Positions 1-8,239 of a DNA stretch of 64,000 nt are shown one piece after another. Under the pieces are notes generated by a model. It saw only the letters and a list, made by a program, of their open reading frames with translations. It did not search any database and was not told the origin of the DNA. This stretch comes from Polyangiales bacterium (GTDB taxonomy: Bacteria > Myxococcota_A > Polyangia > Polyangiales > JADJQN01), in the NCBI GenBank assembly GCA_964202905.1, contig CAXNJO010000004.1, forward strand, positions 529,273-593,272, in the 5' to 3' direction. Position 1 is the first letter of the stretch, and every line of letters begins with the position of its first letter. The translations under genes and the position numbers were made by a program.

Positions 1-776
1 GCCCCCGTGAAGCGAGGCACGAGCGGGAGCTCGCGCGCCGACGCCACGTACATGCGCCCGTCGGCCACGACCCAGCGCACCTCGACGGGGCGACCGAGCG
101 CGAGTTGCGCGCGATCGACGAGATCGGCCGCGCGCGCAGCACGATCGTCGTCGAGGGGCGCGTCGCCTTCGAGCGTGAGGCGCATCGTGCGGCGGTCGAC
201 GATCCATGGCCGCGCACCGTCCGTCCAGACGGCGACCATGTCCGGATCGCCGTCGCCCGGGTCCGCGCTCGCGGCCGTCCCGGACGTCGCGACCCCTTCG
301 CGCTCCGCGCCCACGAGCGACACGCGCGCGAACACGCCGTCGAGGACGCCGGCACGGGAGGCGCCGTGGCCGAGCGAGCGCGTGAGCGCGCGTGCGATCG
401 CCTCCGAGACGGCGTCCGCGGAGGCGTCGTCGGTCACCTCCGGAAGTCGCGGGAAATCTCGGCCGAAGCGCGACTGCGCGTCACGCGACGCGAACCACGC
501 GCCCACCGTCACGCGACCGCTGCCCCCATGCCCGCGGGACCACGCGAGCGCGGTGCGCAGAACCGCCGCCAGCGCGTCCGTCCCGGGCGCCGCCCCACCT
601 TCGTCCGCACACGGGACGACCCAGCCGCCGGCGAGAGGAATCCCCGCCTCGGCGAGCCGCGCGAGCCACTCGGCCTCGTCGCCGAGCGCCGACCCGTCGC
701 TGGCGCGCAGGGCGGGGAGCCAACGCACCCCGCGTGGGAGGTTCCCCGGAGGTGCCTCGAGCGAGGGCCGTGACAT
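1..776 (-). CDS. Partial CDS running off the left edge; N-terminus resembles a degenerate PEP/pyruvate-binding (PPDK/PEP synthase N-terminal) domain
   Basis: Translated by hand (absent from the ORF track because there is no stop in the window). ATG at 776 gives an open frame [11 protein letters not shown]...[14 protein letters not shown]...[25 protein letters not shown], which resembles the 'GiPVPpGFVv' and 'G.PqDIEWa..dg.lyilQaRPit' motifs. Confidence 0.55.
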   Translation of the reverse strand, partial: MSRPSLEAPPGNLPRGVRWLPALRASDGSALGDEAEWLARLAEAGIPLAGGWVVPCADEGGAAPGTDALAAVLRTALAWSRGHGGSGRVTVGAWFASRDAQSRFGRDFPRLPEVTDDASADAVSEAIARALTRSLGHGASRAGVLDGVFARVSLVGAEREGVATSGTAASADPGDGDPDMVAVWTDGARPWIVDRRTMRLTLEGDAPLDDDRAARAADLVDRAQLALGRPVEVRWVVADGRMYVASARELPLVPRFTG

Positions 777-858
777 CCGCGCGGACCGTAGCGCGGAACC
801 GCGACGATCCGCCAGCGTCACCGCGGGCCCGGCGCAGCCGCCGGGCCGAGGTGCGTGC

Positions 859-2040
859 TCAGCCGATGCGCTCGACGAGCACCGCGACGGCCTCGCCGCC
901 GCCGATGCAGAGCGTCGCGAGGCCGCGCTTCGCGGCGCGGTCCTCGAGGGCGTGCAGCAGCGTGACGAGCACGCGCGCGCCGCTCGCCCCGATCGGGTGG
1001 CCAAGCGCCACGGCGCCGCCGCGGACGTTCACCTTCGCCGCGTCGAGGCCGACCTTCTCGATCGCGGCCATCGCGACGACGGCGAAGGCCTCGTTGACCT
1101 CGTAGAGGTCGACGTCGCCGGCCTGCAATCCGGCGCGCGCGAGCGTCACCTGGATCGCGCCAACCGGCGCGGTCGTGAACCACTCGGGCGCCTGCGCGTG
1201 GCCGCCGTAAGCGGTGATCTTCGCGATCGGCTTGAGGCCGTGGCGCGCGACCGCCTCGCCCGAGGCGAGGACCAGCGCGGCGGCGCCGTCGTTGATCTTC
1301 GAGGCGTTCGCCGCCGTGACGGTGCCATCCTTGGAGAAGGCAGGGCGCAGGCCGGCCATCTTGTCGGCGTTGCCGCGCTTCGGCTCCTCGTCCTCGGCGA
1401 CGACGACGTCACCCTTGCGGCTGCTCACGGTGACGGGCGCGATCTCGCGGGCGAAGGCGCCCTCGGCCTGCGCGGCGAGCGCGCGGCGGTAGCTCTCCCG
1501 CGCGAACGCGTCCTGCGCCTCGCGCGTGAACCCGAGCTCGCGGGCGCAGAGGTCGCCGGCGTTGCCCATCGGGAAGTTGCCGTACGGGTCCCACAGGCCG
1601 TCGGCCATCATCGAGTCCACGACCTCGCCGTGCCCCATGCGGAAGCCGCCACGCGCCTTCGGCAGGAGATAAGGGGCGTTCGTCATCGACTCCATACCGC
1701 CCGCCACGACGATGTCGGCGTCGCCGAGCAGGATGGACTTCGCGCCGAAGATCACAGCCTGCAGACCGGAGCCGCACACCTTGCCGACGGTCGTCGCCGG
1801 GGTCTTGTCGGGGATACCCGCGTACTTCGCGGCCTGCCGCGCGGGGGCCTGGCCGACACCGCCGGTCAGCACGTTGCCCATGAACGTTTCGTCGACGTGC
1901 TCCGCGGCGACGCCAGCGCGCTCGAGCGCGGCCTTGATCGCCACGGCGCCGAGGCGCGGGGCGCTCAGTTCCGCGAACGCTCCCTGAAACGAGGCGATGG
2001 GCGTACGGGCCGAGCCGACGATGAACACTTCACGAACCAT
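859..2040 (-). CDS. atoB: Acetyl-CoA C-acetyltransferase (thiolase)
   Basis: Motifs RTPI, KVCGSG (catalytic Cys), [13 protein letters not shown] and LCIGGG; GAGGAGG Shine-Dalgarno upstream. Confidence 0.93.
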   Translation of the reverse strand: MVREVFIVGSARTPIASFQGAFAELSAPRLGAVAIKAALERAGVAAEHVDETFMGNVLTGGVGQAPARQAAKYAGIPDKTPATTVGKVCGSGLQAVIFGAKSILLGDADIVVAGGMESMTNAPYLLPKARGGFRMGHGEVVDSMMADGLWDPYGNFPMGNAGDLCARELGFTREAQDAFARESYRRALAAQAEGAFAREIAPVTVSSRKGDVVVAEDEEPKRGNADKMAGLRPAFSKDGTVTAANASKINDGAAALVLASGEAVARHGLKPIAKITAYGGHAQAPEWFTTAPVGAIQVTLARAGLQAGDVDLYEVNEAFAVVAMAAIEKVGLDAAKVNVRGGAVALGHPIGASGARVLVTLLHALEDRAAKRGLATLCIGGGEAVAVLVERIG

Positions 2041-2282
2041 GGTGAGCCTCCTCTGGACACGGCGCGCTCCCGACGCGGGCCGCGGGTCGGCGCGTCTTTG
2101 GCGTGCGCGCGGCAGGCTGTCAACCGCGGGGCTTGCAGCCCACGGCGACGGTCAGGGAGGTCGAACGAGGCATCGCGTCGGGATCCCGGAGCGAGCCACG
2201 CACGGCCTCCCAGGAACGGCGAGGACGCACATCGGCGAGCGCGAGCAAGGAGGCCCCCGCCCATCGTTCGCGTCCGACGCCG

Positions 2283-4322
2283 TCAGGGTCCGGCGTCGGG
2301 GGCTCCGGCGTCGATGTCGGCAACCGCAGCGTCCGCCGCGCCGGCGTCGCGGCGCCCCGCGTCGCCCGCACCCGCGTCGCGCACGACGAGCGGCTCGTCG
2401 ACGCACTCGAGCGCGGCCGCGGGACGAGGCCCGAAGGGGAGCACCTCGGCGAAGGAGACGGCCCGCACGCGGCGCGCGTCCATCGCGTCATCGAAGCGCT
2501 CGAAGCCACCCGTCACGAGCAGGCGCTCGCCCGGCAGCAGCGTCGCGGCGTGCCCCCAGCGCCCCGTCGCCAGGCTCGGCAGCGCGTTGAACGTGTAGAC
2601 GCCGCCCGCGTCGCGCGCGACGACACCTGCCTGCCGCAACCCCTCGAGGCGCTTGCCCGCCACGACGCCGGCCCCGCCCACGAGCACGACGCCGCGCGCG
2701 GTCGCGGTCGCGCTGTGGAAGATGGACGCCTGGTAGCCCGCGGGCAGCGGGACGCCGGTCGCCGTCGGTGCTCCCGAATCGGAGAACACCACGACCGAGA
2801 GCGGGCGTGCCGTCGGATAGAGCGTGGTGATGCCGCGACCGACGCAGTCCTCGCCGTTCACGAGGAGCCCGCCCGCGATCAACACCGCCCGCGGCGCGAT
2901 CGGGGTCGCCGTGTGGAACGCCGTCGGCTCCGGCAGCGCGTCGCCCACCGGGTCGGGCAGCGTCACCGGACAGTCGAGGTCGGTGCCGCCGCCGATCACG
3001 CGCGTCGGCGAACCGGCGGCGATGAGCTCGCCGGCGAGCGCACGGGCCTGCCGGTCGTCCATCTCCGCCACCGAGCCGCCCCAGACGAACACGTTCGCAT
3101 CGCCGAGCGCGGTCGCCGTCGCGCCGAGCCGCGCGGTCGCGAGCGTGCTCGCGCCGAGGCTCGTCGGGACGGCGCCCGTCGGCCCCACCCAGAATGCGCG
3201 CGGGGGCGCCGCGAACGCAGGCGTGCGCGCGCCCCCCGTGAAGGCGCCCGCGCCGAGCACGAGCAGTGCTGGCCCACCAGGTTCGAGGTCCCCGCTGACG
3301 GCGACGAAGCCCGTGCCGACGGCATCCGGATTCCCCAATGAAAGCGGGGAGATCGACACGGATCGCGCCCTCGGATCGTACGTGAGCCGGAGGGCCGGAC
3401 CGGGCGCGGCGTCCTCGGCCGGCACGAGCGGCGAGCCGACCGCGTTCTCGCTCTGCGCCTCGTCGAGGAAGAGCACCGCGCGGCCGCTCGCCTCGTAGCC
3501 CCCGTAGAGCGCGATCGTGTACGGACCCGCGGCGGGACCGGGCAACAGCCGTGACGCGAAGAGCACGCGACCGCGCCACTCGTAGGCGCCGCCGACGCGG
3601 ATCGGCACCAGCCGCTGCCCGACCGCGTCGTACGCCTCGATGCCGGGCTGGAGCGTCGCGCCCTTGGTGCCGCTCGGCGAGATGGTCGGGTCGATGTCGC
3701 TGCCGAAGACGCCCCCATAAAGGAGCACCTCGCCGTTCGGCAGCAGGGTGGCCGCGTGCAGCGCGCGGGGCAGCGCCGCGCCCGAGGCCGAGCCGGGCGC
3801 GCAGCTCCACGCCGGGTCGACGCCACGCCGCTCGAGGCGCACGCGCACGGGCGCCCCCACCTGGAAGCCGCGCGCGGTCGCGCTGGCGAACACGTCGCCG
3901 TCGGCGTCGTAGCCCGTCACCGTCAACTCGAAGGCCCCCCCGCTCGCCTCGGTGTCGAACGACACGACGGCCGAGCGCGGGAAGCGCAGCACGCGGGCCC
4001 CGGCCGCGTCGTGGTCCCCCCCCGTCCGCACGAGCCCGACGGGCTCGCAGCCCTCATCCGTGCGGCGGCAGAGCTCGAACGCGAGGCAGACGACCTCGCT
4101 CGGAAGCGCCTCCTCGCGCTCTGCGGCGCAGGAGTTCTCCCCCGTGTCGGTCGCCACAGACGACAACGCGGCGAGTTCGACGGTGAGCGTCGCGAATTCC
4201 GAGTCGTCCCCGCAACCCGCGACGGCCAACAGGCCGACCGCCAACCCGACGAGAACGACCCGGCCGGGGGCGTGTGCGCGCCGGGCAGCCGGCGCCTGAG
4301 ATGAAAGAAAACGAGCGCTCAC
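2283..4322 (-). CDS. Kelch-repeat (beta-propeller) lipoprotein
   Basis: Likely GTG start at 4322 overlaps the meaB stop (GTGA). Lipobox-like LAVAGC; kelch-like repeats RALHAATLLPNGEVLLYGG, TAFHTATPIAPRAVLIAGG and GRWGHAATLLPGERLLVTGG; C-terminal DAG repeats. Confidence 0.75.
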   Translation of the reverse strand: MSARFLSSQAPAARRAHAPGRVVLVGLAVGLLAVAGCGDDSEFATLTVELAALSSVATDTGENSCAAEREEALPSEVVCLAFELCRRTDEGCEPVGLVRTGGDHDAAGARVLRFPRSAVVSFDTEASGGAFELTVTGYDADGDVFASATARGFQVGAPVRVRLERRGVDPAWSCAPGSASGAALPRALHAATLLPNGEVLLYGGVFGSDIDPTISPSGTKGATLQPGIEAYDAVGQRLVPIRVGGAYEWRGRVLFASRLLPGPAAGPYTIALYGGYEASGRAVLFLDEAQSENAVGSPLVPAEDAAPGPALRLTYDPRARSVSISPLSLGNPDAVGTGFVAVSGDLEPGGPALLVLGAGAFTGGARTPAFAAPPRAFWVGPTGAVPTSLGASTLATARLGATATALGDANVFVWGGSVAEMDDRQARALAGELIAAGSPTRVIGGGTDLDCPVTLPDPVGDALPEPTAFHTATPIAPRAVLIAGGLLVNGEDCVGRGITTLYPTARPLSVVVFSDSGAPTATGVPLPAGYQASIFHSATATARGVVLVGGAGVVAGKRLEGLRQAGVVARDAGGVYTFNALPSLATGRWGHAATLLPGERLLVTGGFERFDDAMDARRVRAVSFAEVLPFGPRPAAALECVDEPLVVRDAGAGDAGRRDAGAADAAVADIDAGAPDAGP

Positions 4323-5380
4323 GAGGGGCCTCCAGCGAGCAGCACGTGCACGAGCTGCTCGGACACGGTGTACGGGTCGTCCTCGCGCGCGAGGAGACGC
4401 GCGAGCGCAGCCTCCTGCGCTGCGCCGACCCGCTGCGCGGCCACGACAAGGAGCGTGTCGCGGAAGATCATGGCCAGCTCCTCCCGCACGCGCTCGACGT
4501 GTTTGCGCGCGCCGTCCTCGGTCGTGTCGAGGTGGGCGCGGTGCGCGTCGCACGCGGCGACGAGCGCGGAGACGTTGTCGTTGCGCGATGCGATCGTCTT
4601 CACGACCGGCGGCTCCCAAGGGCCGCCGGTCGTGCGCTGCTCGCGCGCGACGCGGTGCACGTGGGCGGCCGAGTGGCTCGAGGCGCTCGCCGCCGCGACG
4701 GCCGTCTCGCGGGTCAGCGCGATCATCTGCTCGAGGTCGCGCACGGTCGCGTCGGCGCCCTCCCTGTCGGCCTTGTTCACGGCGAACACGTCCGCGATCT
4801 CGAGGATGCCCGCCTTGATCGCCTGGATGTCGTCGCCCATCCCGGGCGCCATCACGACGACGGTCGTGTGCGCGAGGCGCGTCACCTCGAGTTCGTCCTG
4901 ACCGACGCCGACGGTCTCCACGAAGATGGTGTCGCAGCCGTACGCGTCGAGGACGCGAATGACATCGCCCGCCGAGCGGGAGAGCCCGCCGAGGTGCCCA
5001 CGCGTCGCGAGTGAGCGGATGAAGACATCGGGGTCGAGGAAGTGCCGCTGCATGCGGATCCGATCGCCGAGGATCGCGCCGCCCGTGTACGGGCTGGTAG
5101 GGTCGACCGCGACGACGCCGACCTTTCGCCCGCGCTTGCGCTCGTGCTCGATGAGGCGATCCGTGAGCGTGCTCTTGCCAGCGCCCGGCGTCCCGGTGAT
5201 CCCGACGATCCACGCGCGACCGGTGCGCGGATAGAGTTCCTTCAGCAGGTCGAGGTAGCCGCTGTTGCGGTCGTCGACGAGACGCATCGCGCGGGCGGCG
5301 GCGCGCATCTCGCCCGCAAGCACGCGGGCAGCGAGGTCGCTCCGGCTCCCGCCGGCGGGCGCTGGGTCAGCGTGGGTCAC
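4319..5380 (-). CDS. meaB: Methylmalonyl-CoA mutase-associated GTPase MeaB (ArgK family)
   Basis: GITGTPGAGKST P-loop, AVDPTSPYTGGAILGDRIRM, ETVGVGQ, GDDIQAIKAGILEIAD and NKAD motifs. Confidence 0.93.
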   Translation of the reverse strand: MTHADPAPAGGSRSDLAARVLAGEMRAAARAMRLVDDRNSGYLDLLKELYPRTGRAWIVGITGTPGAGKSTLTDRLIEHERKRGRKVGVVAVDPTSPYTGGAILGDRIRMQRHFLDPDVFIRSLATRGHLGGLSRSAGDVIRVLDAYGCDTIFVETVGVGQDELEVTRLAHTTVVVMAPGMGDDIQAIKAGILEIADVFAVNKADREGADATVRDLEQMIALTRETAVAAASASSHSAAHVHRVAREQRTTGGPWEPPVVKTIASRNDNVSALVAACDAHRAHLDTTEDGARKHVERVREELAMIFRDTLLVVAAQRVGAAQEAALARLLAREDDPYTVSEQLVHVLLAGGPS

Positions 5381-5697
5381 GGCGCGACGCTAGCACGCCG
5401 ACGCTCACGGATGACCGGTCACGCACGCGTCGGCGCGCACGCGGACGACGAGAGGCCACGCGCCGCGGGCGCAGGCGGGCGCAACGCGGCGCGCGCGACG
5501 AGCACTCGGCCAGGCGCATCGCAGCGACGGCATCGAGGCCCCGGCTGAGTGTCTCGCCGTGACGGCCACGGGGCGGCCGAGACGCGCATCGCATCGCCAC
5601 CGACGAACGCCACGACGCTGGACCACGAAGCACGACCGCGGGGTGCGAACGCGACGGCATCGGCGAACGCGACGGCGTCCACGGATCGGTACCAACG

Positions 5698-5730
5698 AAA
5701 ACGCCGCCGAGCGGGGGCTCGACGGCGGCT
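5698..5730 (-). terminator. Putative intrinsic terminator downstream of tRNA-Val(CAC)
   Basis: On the minus strand, a GC hairpin GCCGCCG(TC)GAGC-CCCC-GCTCGGCGGC is followed by GTTTT. Confidence 0.5.
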
Positions 5731-5762
5731 TCGTGGGGCGCGGTGGGGGTCACCGGCGCCGG

Positions 5763-5834
5763 TGGGCAATGCTGGATTTGAACCAGCGACTTCCTCCGTG
5801 TGAAGAAGGCACTCTACCCCTGAGTTAATCGCCC
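5763..5834 (-). tRNA. tRNA-Val(CAC)
   Basis: Reverse complement reads GGGCGATTAACTCAGGGGTAGAGTGCCTTCTTCACACGGAGGAAGTCGCTGGTTCAAATCCAGCATTGCCCA. It folds into a cloverleaf with anticodon CAC and T-loop GTTCAAATC. CCA is not encoded. Confidence 0.95.
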
Positions 5835-5912
5835 TGGCTGCGGGAGGCGGTTCTTAGCAAGGCCCTCCTCGGGGCGCAAGCTCCGACCCGCACCCGCCTA
5901 CGCGACGACGCG

Positions 5913-8102
5913 TCAGCCCTTCTCGCCGAGCCGCGCGCGCAGCAGGTCACCGAACGTGCCGAGCCCCTGCTTGCTCGCCTCGCGACGGTAGTCCTGCACG
6001 GCGCGCTTCTCCTCGTCGTGGAGCAGCGCCTTGCGGGAGAGCTTGAGGCCGCCTTCCCGGTCCGTCCCGATGATCTTGGCGTCGAGCTTCGTGCCGACCG
6101 GGAACTTGCGACGGTGATCCGTCCCGCGCTCGGTCGCCATCTCGGCGTTCGGGATGTAACCGCGGCCCTTGCGACCGAGGACGCCCTCGAGCTGCACGAA
6201 CACCCCGTGCTGCTCGACGCGATCGACGATGACCTTGAGCGACGCGCCCGCCTTCGGTGCACGCGCCTTGAAGGCGTCAGCCGTGAGCTCGCCCGACTCC
6301 ATCGCCGCGGCGTTCGCTGCCGAGAGCTTGGAGAGCGAGAGACGGCGCGCCTTCTTGTCCGCGCGCTCGATGAGCACCCAGACCTCCTCGCCCTCCTTCG
6401 CCGCGTCGCGCGCGTGTTGAAGGTTCGTCCCGAGCTCGCTGACGTGGAGGAGCCCCTCGACGCCCGGCGCGACCTCGACGAACGCTCCGAACTCCGCGAC
6501 GCGCGTGATGCGCCCCTTGAAGACGCGGCCCTCTGCGACCGCGTCGCCGTGCGCATCCCACGGATCGGCCGCAACGGACTTCAGCGAGAGGCCGATTCGC
6601 TCGTGCCGCTCCTTCTTATCCTTGCGGTCCGGCAGACGGATGATCTGTGCCTCGAGCACGTCGCCGACCCGCGCGACGTCCGCCGGCGCGAGGCTGCGGT
6701 CCCACGACATCTCGCTGACGTGGACCATTCCCTCGAGGCCGCCACCGATGTCGATGAACAGCCCGAAGTCGCGAACCTGCGTGACGACGCCACGCACGCG
6801 CTCGCCGACCTGCAGCGTCTTGACGCGCTCGCGCGCCTGCTTGCGGGACTCACGCTCGAGGATCGCCCGGCGCGAGACCACGAGCCCGTGCGTGCCTGCC
6901 TTGGCGGGGGGCACGGAGAACTCGAGTTTGCGCCCAACGAACTCGGCGGGGTCGTCCACCGGCGCGAGCGACATGCCGCTCGCCGGACAGAACGCGCGGA
7001 GGCCGTCGACGAGCACGTCGAAACCGCCACGGTTGAAACCGTAGACGAGGCCGACCACGCGCGTGCGATCCTCGCGCGCCTGATCGACGCGCTTGCGGGC
7101 CGCCTTGAGGTCGCGGAGGCGGTTGACGATCGCGAGGTGGCCGCTCTCGGCGACCGCGCCGACGCGACCGCGGAAGATCTCGCCGATGGCAGGGAGCGGC
7201 GGGGGCGGCTCTTCCGGCGTGATGGGGGCCGCGAGCGTTCCCGCGTCTTCGTGATCGCCGCCGCCGTCCTCGTGGTCGACCTCGGCGGCTGCCTCCGCGG
7301 CCGCGGCCTCGGGAGCCGCGGGGGCTTCCGTGCCCGGGGCGGCGCTCACCTCGGCGACCGGGGCAGCGGCCTCGAGCTCGGTGGCGTCGGTCGCAGCGGC
7401 GCTCTCGCCCGCTTCCCCGGCGCCAGCCTCGGCTGCGCCCGCATCCGCCGCGCCAGCCTCGGCAGCACCAACACCGGCCACGCCCGCTTCGCCGGCGGGC
7501 TTCTCGGCGGCCGGGGGCGGGAGCTGCACCTCGCGCGGCTCGAGTTCGTCGACGACGGCGATCGCCTTGCCGAACAGGTCGACGAGGATCGTGCCGTGCT
7601 CGGTCCGCGTGACGCGACCCGCGACGACTTCACCGATCGAGAACGCGTTGCGACGGGTGCCGGGCGCGCCCTCGAAGAAGCGACCAAACGGCACCTGCGA
7701 CGGATCCTTGCGCGGCGCCTGCGGCTTGCGCGGCTGCTGGGCGCGCGCTGCGGCGGCGGCCTCGTCCCCGGCCTCGCCCGGTGCCCCCTCGGTCCCCGCG
7801 GACGTCCCGCCCGCACCCTTCTTCTTGCGGCGGCGACGCTTGCGCTTCTTCGGGCCGCCCTCGCCGCCCGATGCATCGGTTCCCGACGCTTCCGCGCCGC
7901 CGTCCTCGTCTCCGTCGTCCCCGTCCTCGCTCTCGGCCCCGGGCGCATCGCCCGCCGGGGCGGCGTGCGCCGGCGACGCGGCCCCTCCGCCGGACGCGGG
8001 GGTCGAGGATTCGGAGACTGCGGGAGGAGCGCCGGAATCGCCGGCGGGCTCGTGCGGCGTCGCCTCGGACGGGGACGCTGCGAGCGTGTCGTTGTCAGCC
8101 AT
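5913..8102 (-). CDS. S1 RNA-binding domain protein (ribosomal protein S1-like) with a long disordered N-terminus
   Basis: Several S1 repeats (FNRGGFDVLVDGLRAFCPASGM, VRDFGLFIDIGGGLEGMVHVSEMSW, AEFGAFVEVAPGVEGLLHVSEL) and a C-terminal GTFGDLL tail typical of RpsA. Confidence 0.85.
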   Translation of the reverse strand: MADNDTLAASPSEATPHEPAGDSGAPPAVSESSTPASGGGAASPAHAAPAGDAPGAESEDGDDGDEDGGAEASGTDASGGEGGPKKRKRRRRKKKGAGGTSAGTEGAPGEAGDEAAAAARAQQPRKPQAPRKDPSQVPFGRFFEGAPGTRRNAFSIGEVVAGRVTRTEHGTILVDLFGKAIAVVDELEPREVQLPPPAAEKPAGEAGVAGVGAAEAGAADAGAAEAGAGEAGESAAATDATELEAAAPVAEVSAAPGTEAPAAPEAAAAEAAAEVDHEDGGGDHEDAGTLAAPITPEEPPPPLPAIGEIFRGRVGAVAESGHLAIVNRLRDLKAARKRVDQAREDRTRVVGLVYGFNRGGFDVLVDGLRAFCPASGMSLAPVDDPAEFVGRKLEFSVPPAKAGTHGLVVSRRAILERESRKQARERVKTLQVGERVRGVVTQVRDFGLFIDIGGGLEGMVHVSEMSWDRSLAPADVARVGDVLEAQIIRLPDRKDKKERHERIGLSLKSVAADPWDAHGDAVAEGRVFKGRITRVAEFGAFVEVAPGVEGLLHVSELGTNLQHARDAAKEGEEVWVLIERADKKARRLSLSKLSAANAAAMESGELTADAFKARAPKAGASLKVIVDRVEQHGVFVQLEGVLGRKGRGYIPNAEMATERGTDHRRKFPVGTKLDAKIIGTDREGGLKLSRKALLHDEEKRAVQDYRREASKQGLGTFGDLLRARLGEKG

Positions 8103-8210
8103 GGGGAGGGCGCCTCGGATCGATGGTCGATCGTGTGGGCCCGAACCGCCTCCGCAGTCGCACTGCGCGGCGCGTTTCGGGCGCGAAAACCCCGCGCGAG
8201 CGGGGCCGCC

Positions 8211-8239
8211 AGACTAGGTCGCAGGTCTGTGCGAGTCAA
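8211..8239 (-). promoter_or_regulatory. Putative sigma70-type promoter for the S1-domain gene
   Basis: TTGACT-N17-TAGTCT on the minus strand, about 110 nt upstream of the ATG at 8102. Confidence 0.5.

Noticed and set aside
7..2598. Long + strand ORF (863 aa), and similar giant ORFs such as 6018..9983, 18227..21844, 47019..49943 and the 5' part of 38152..42147
   Set aside because: These are antisense or off-frame shadows of recognisable genes. Stop codons are rare at this GC content, and the translations are Arg/Ala-rich without motifs.
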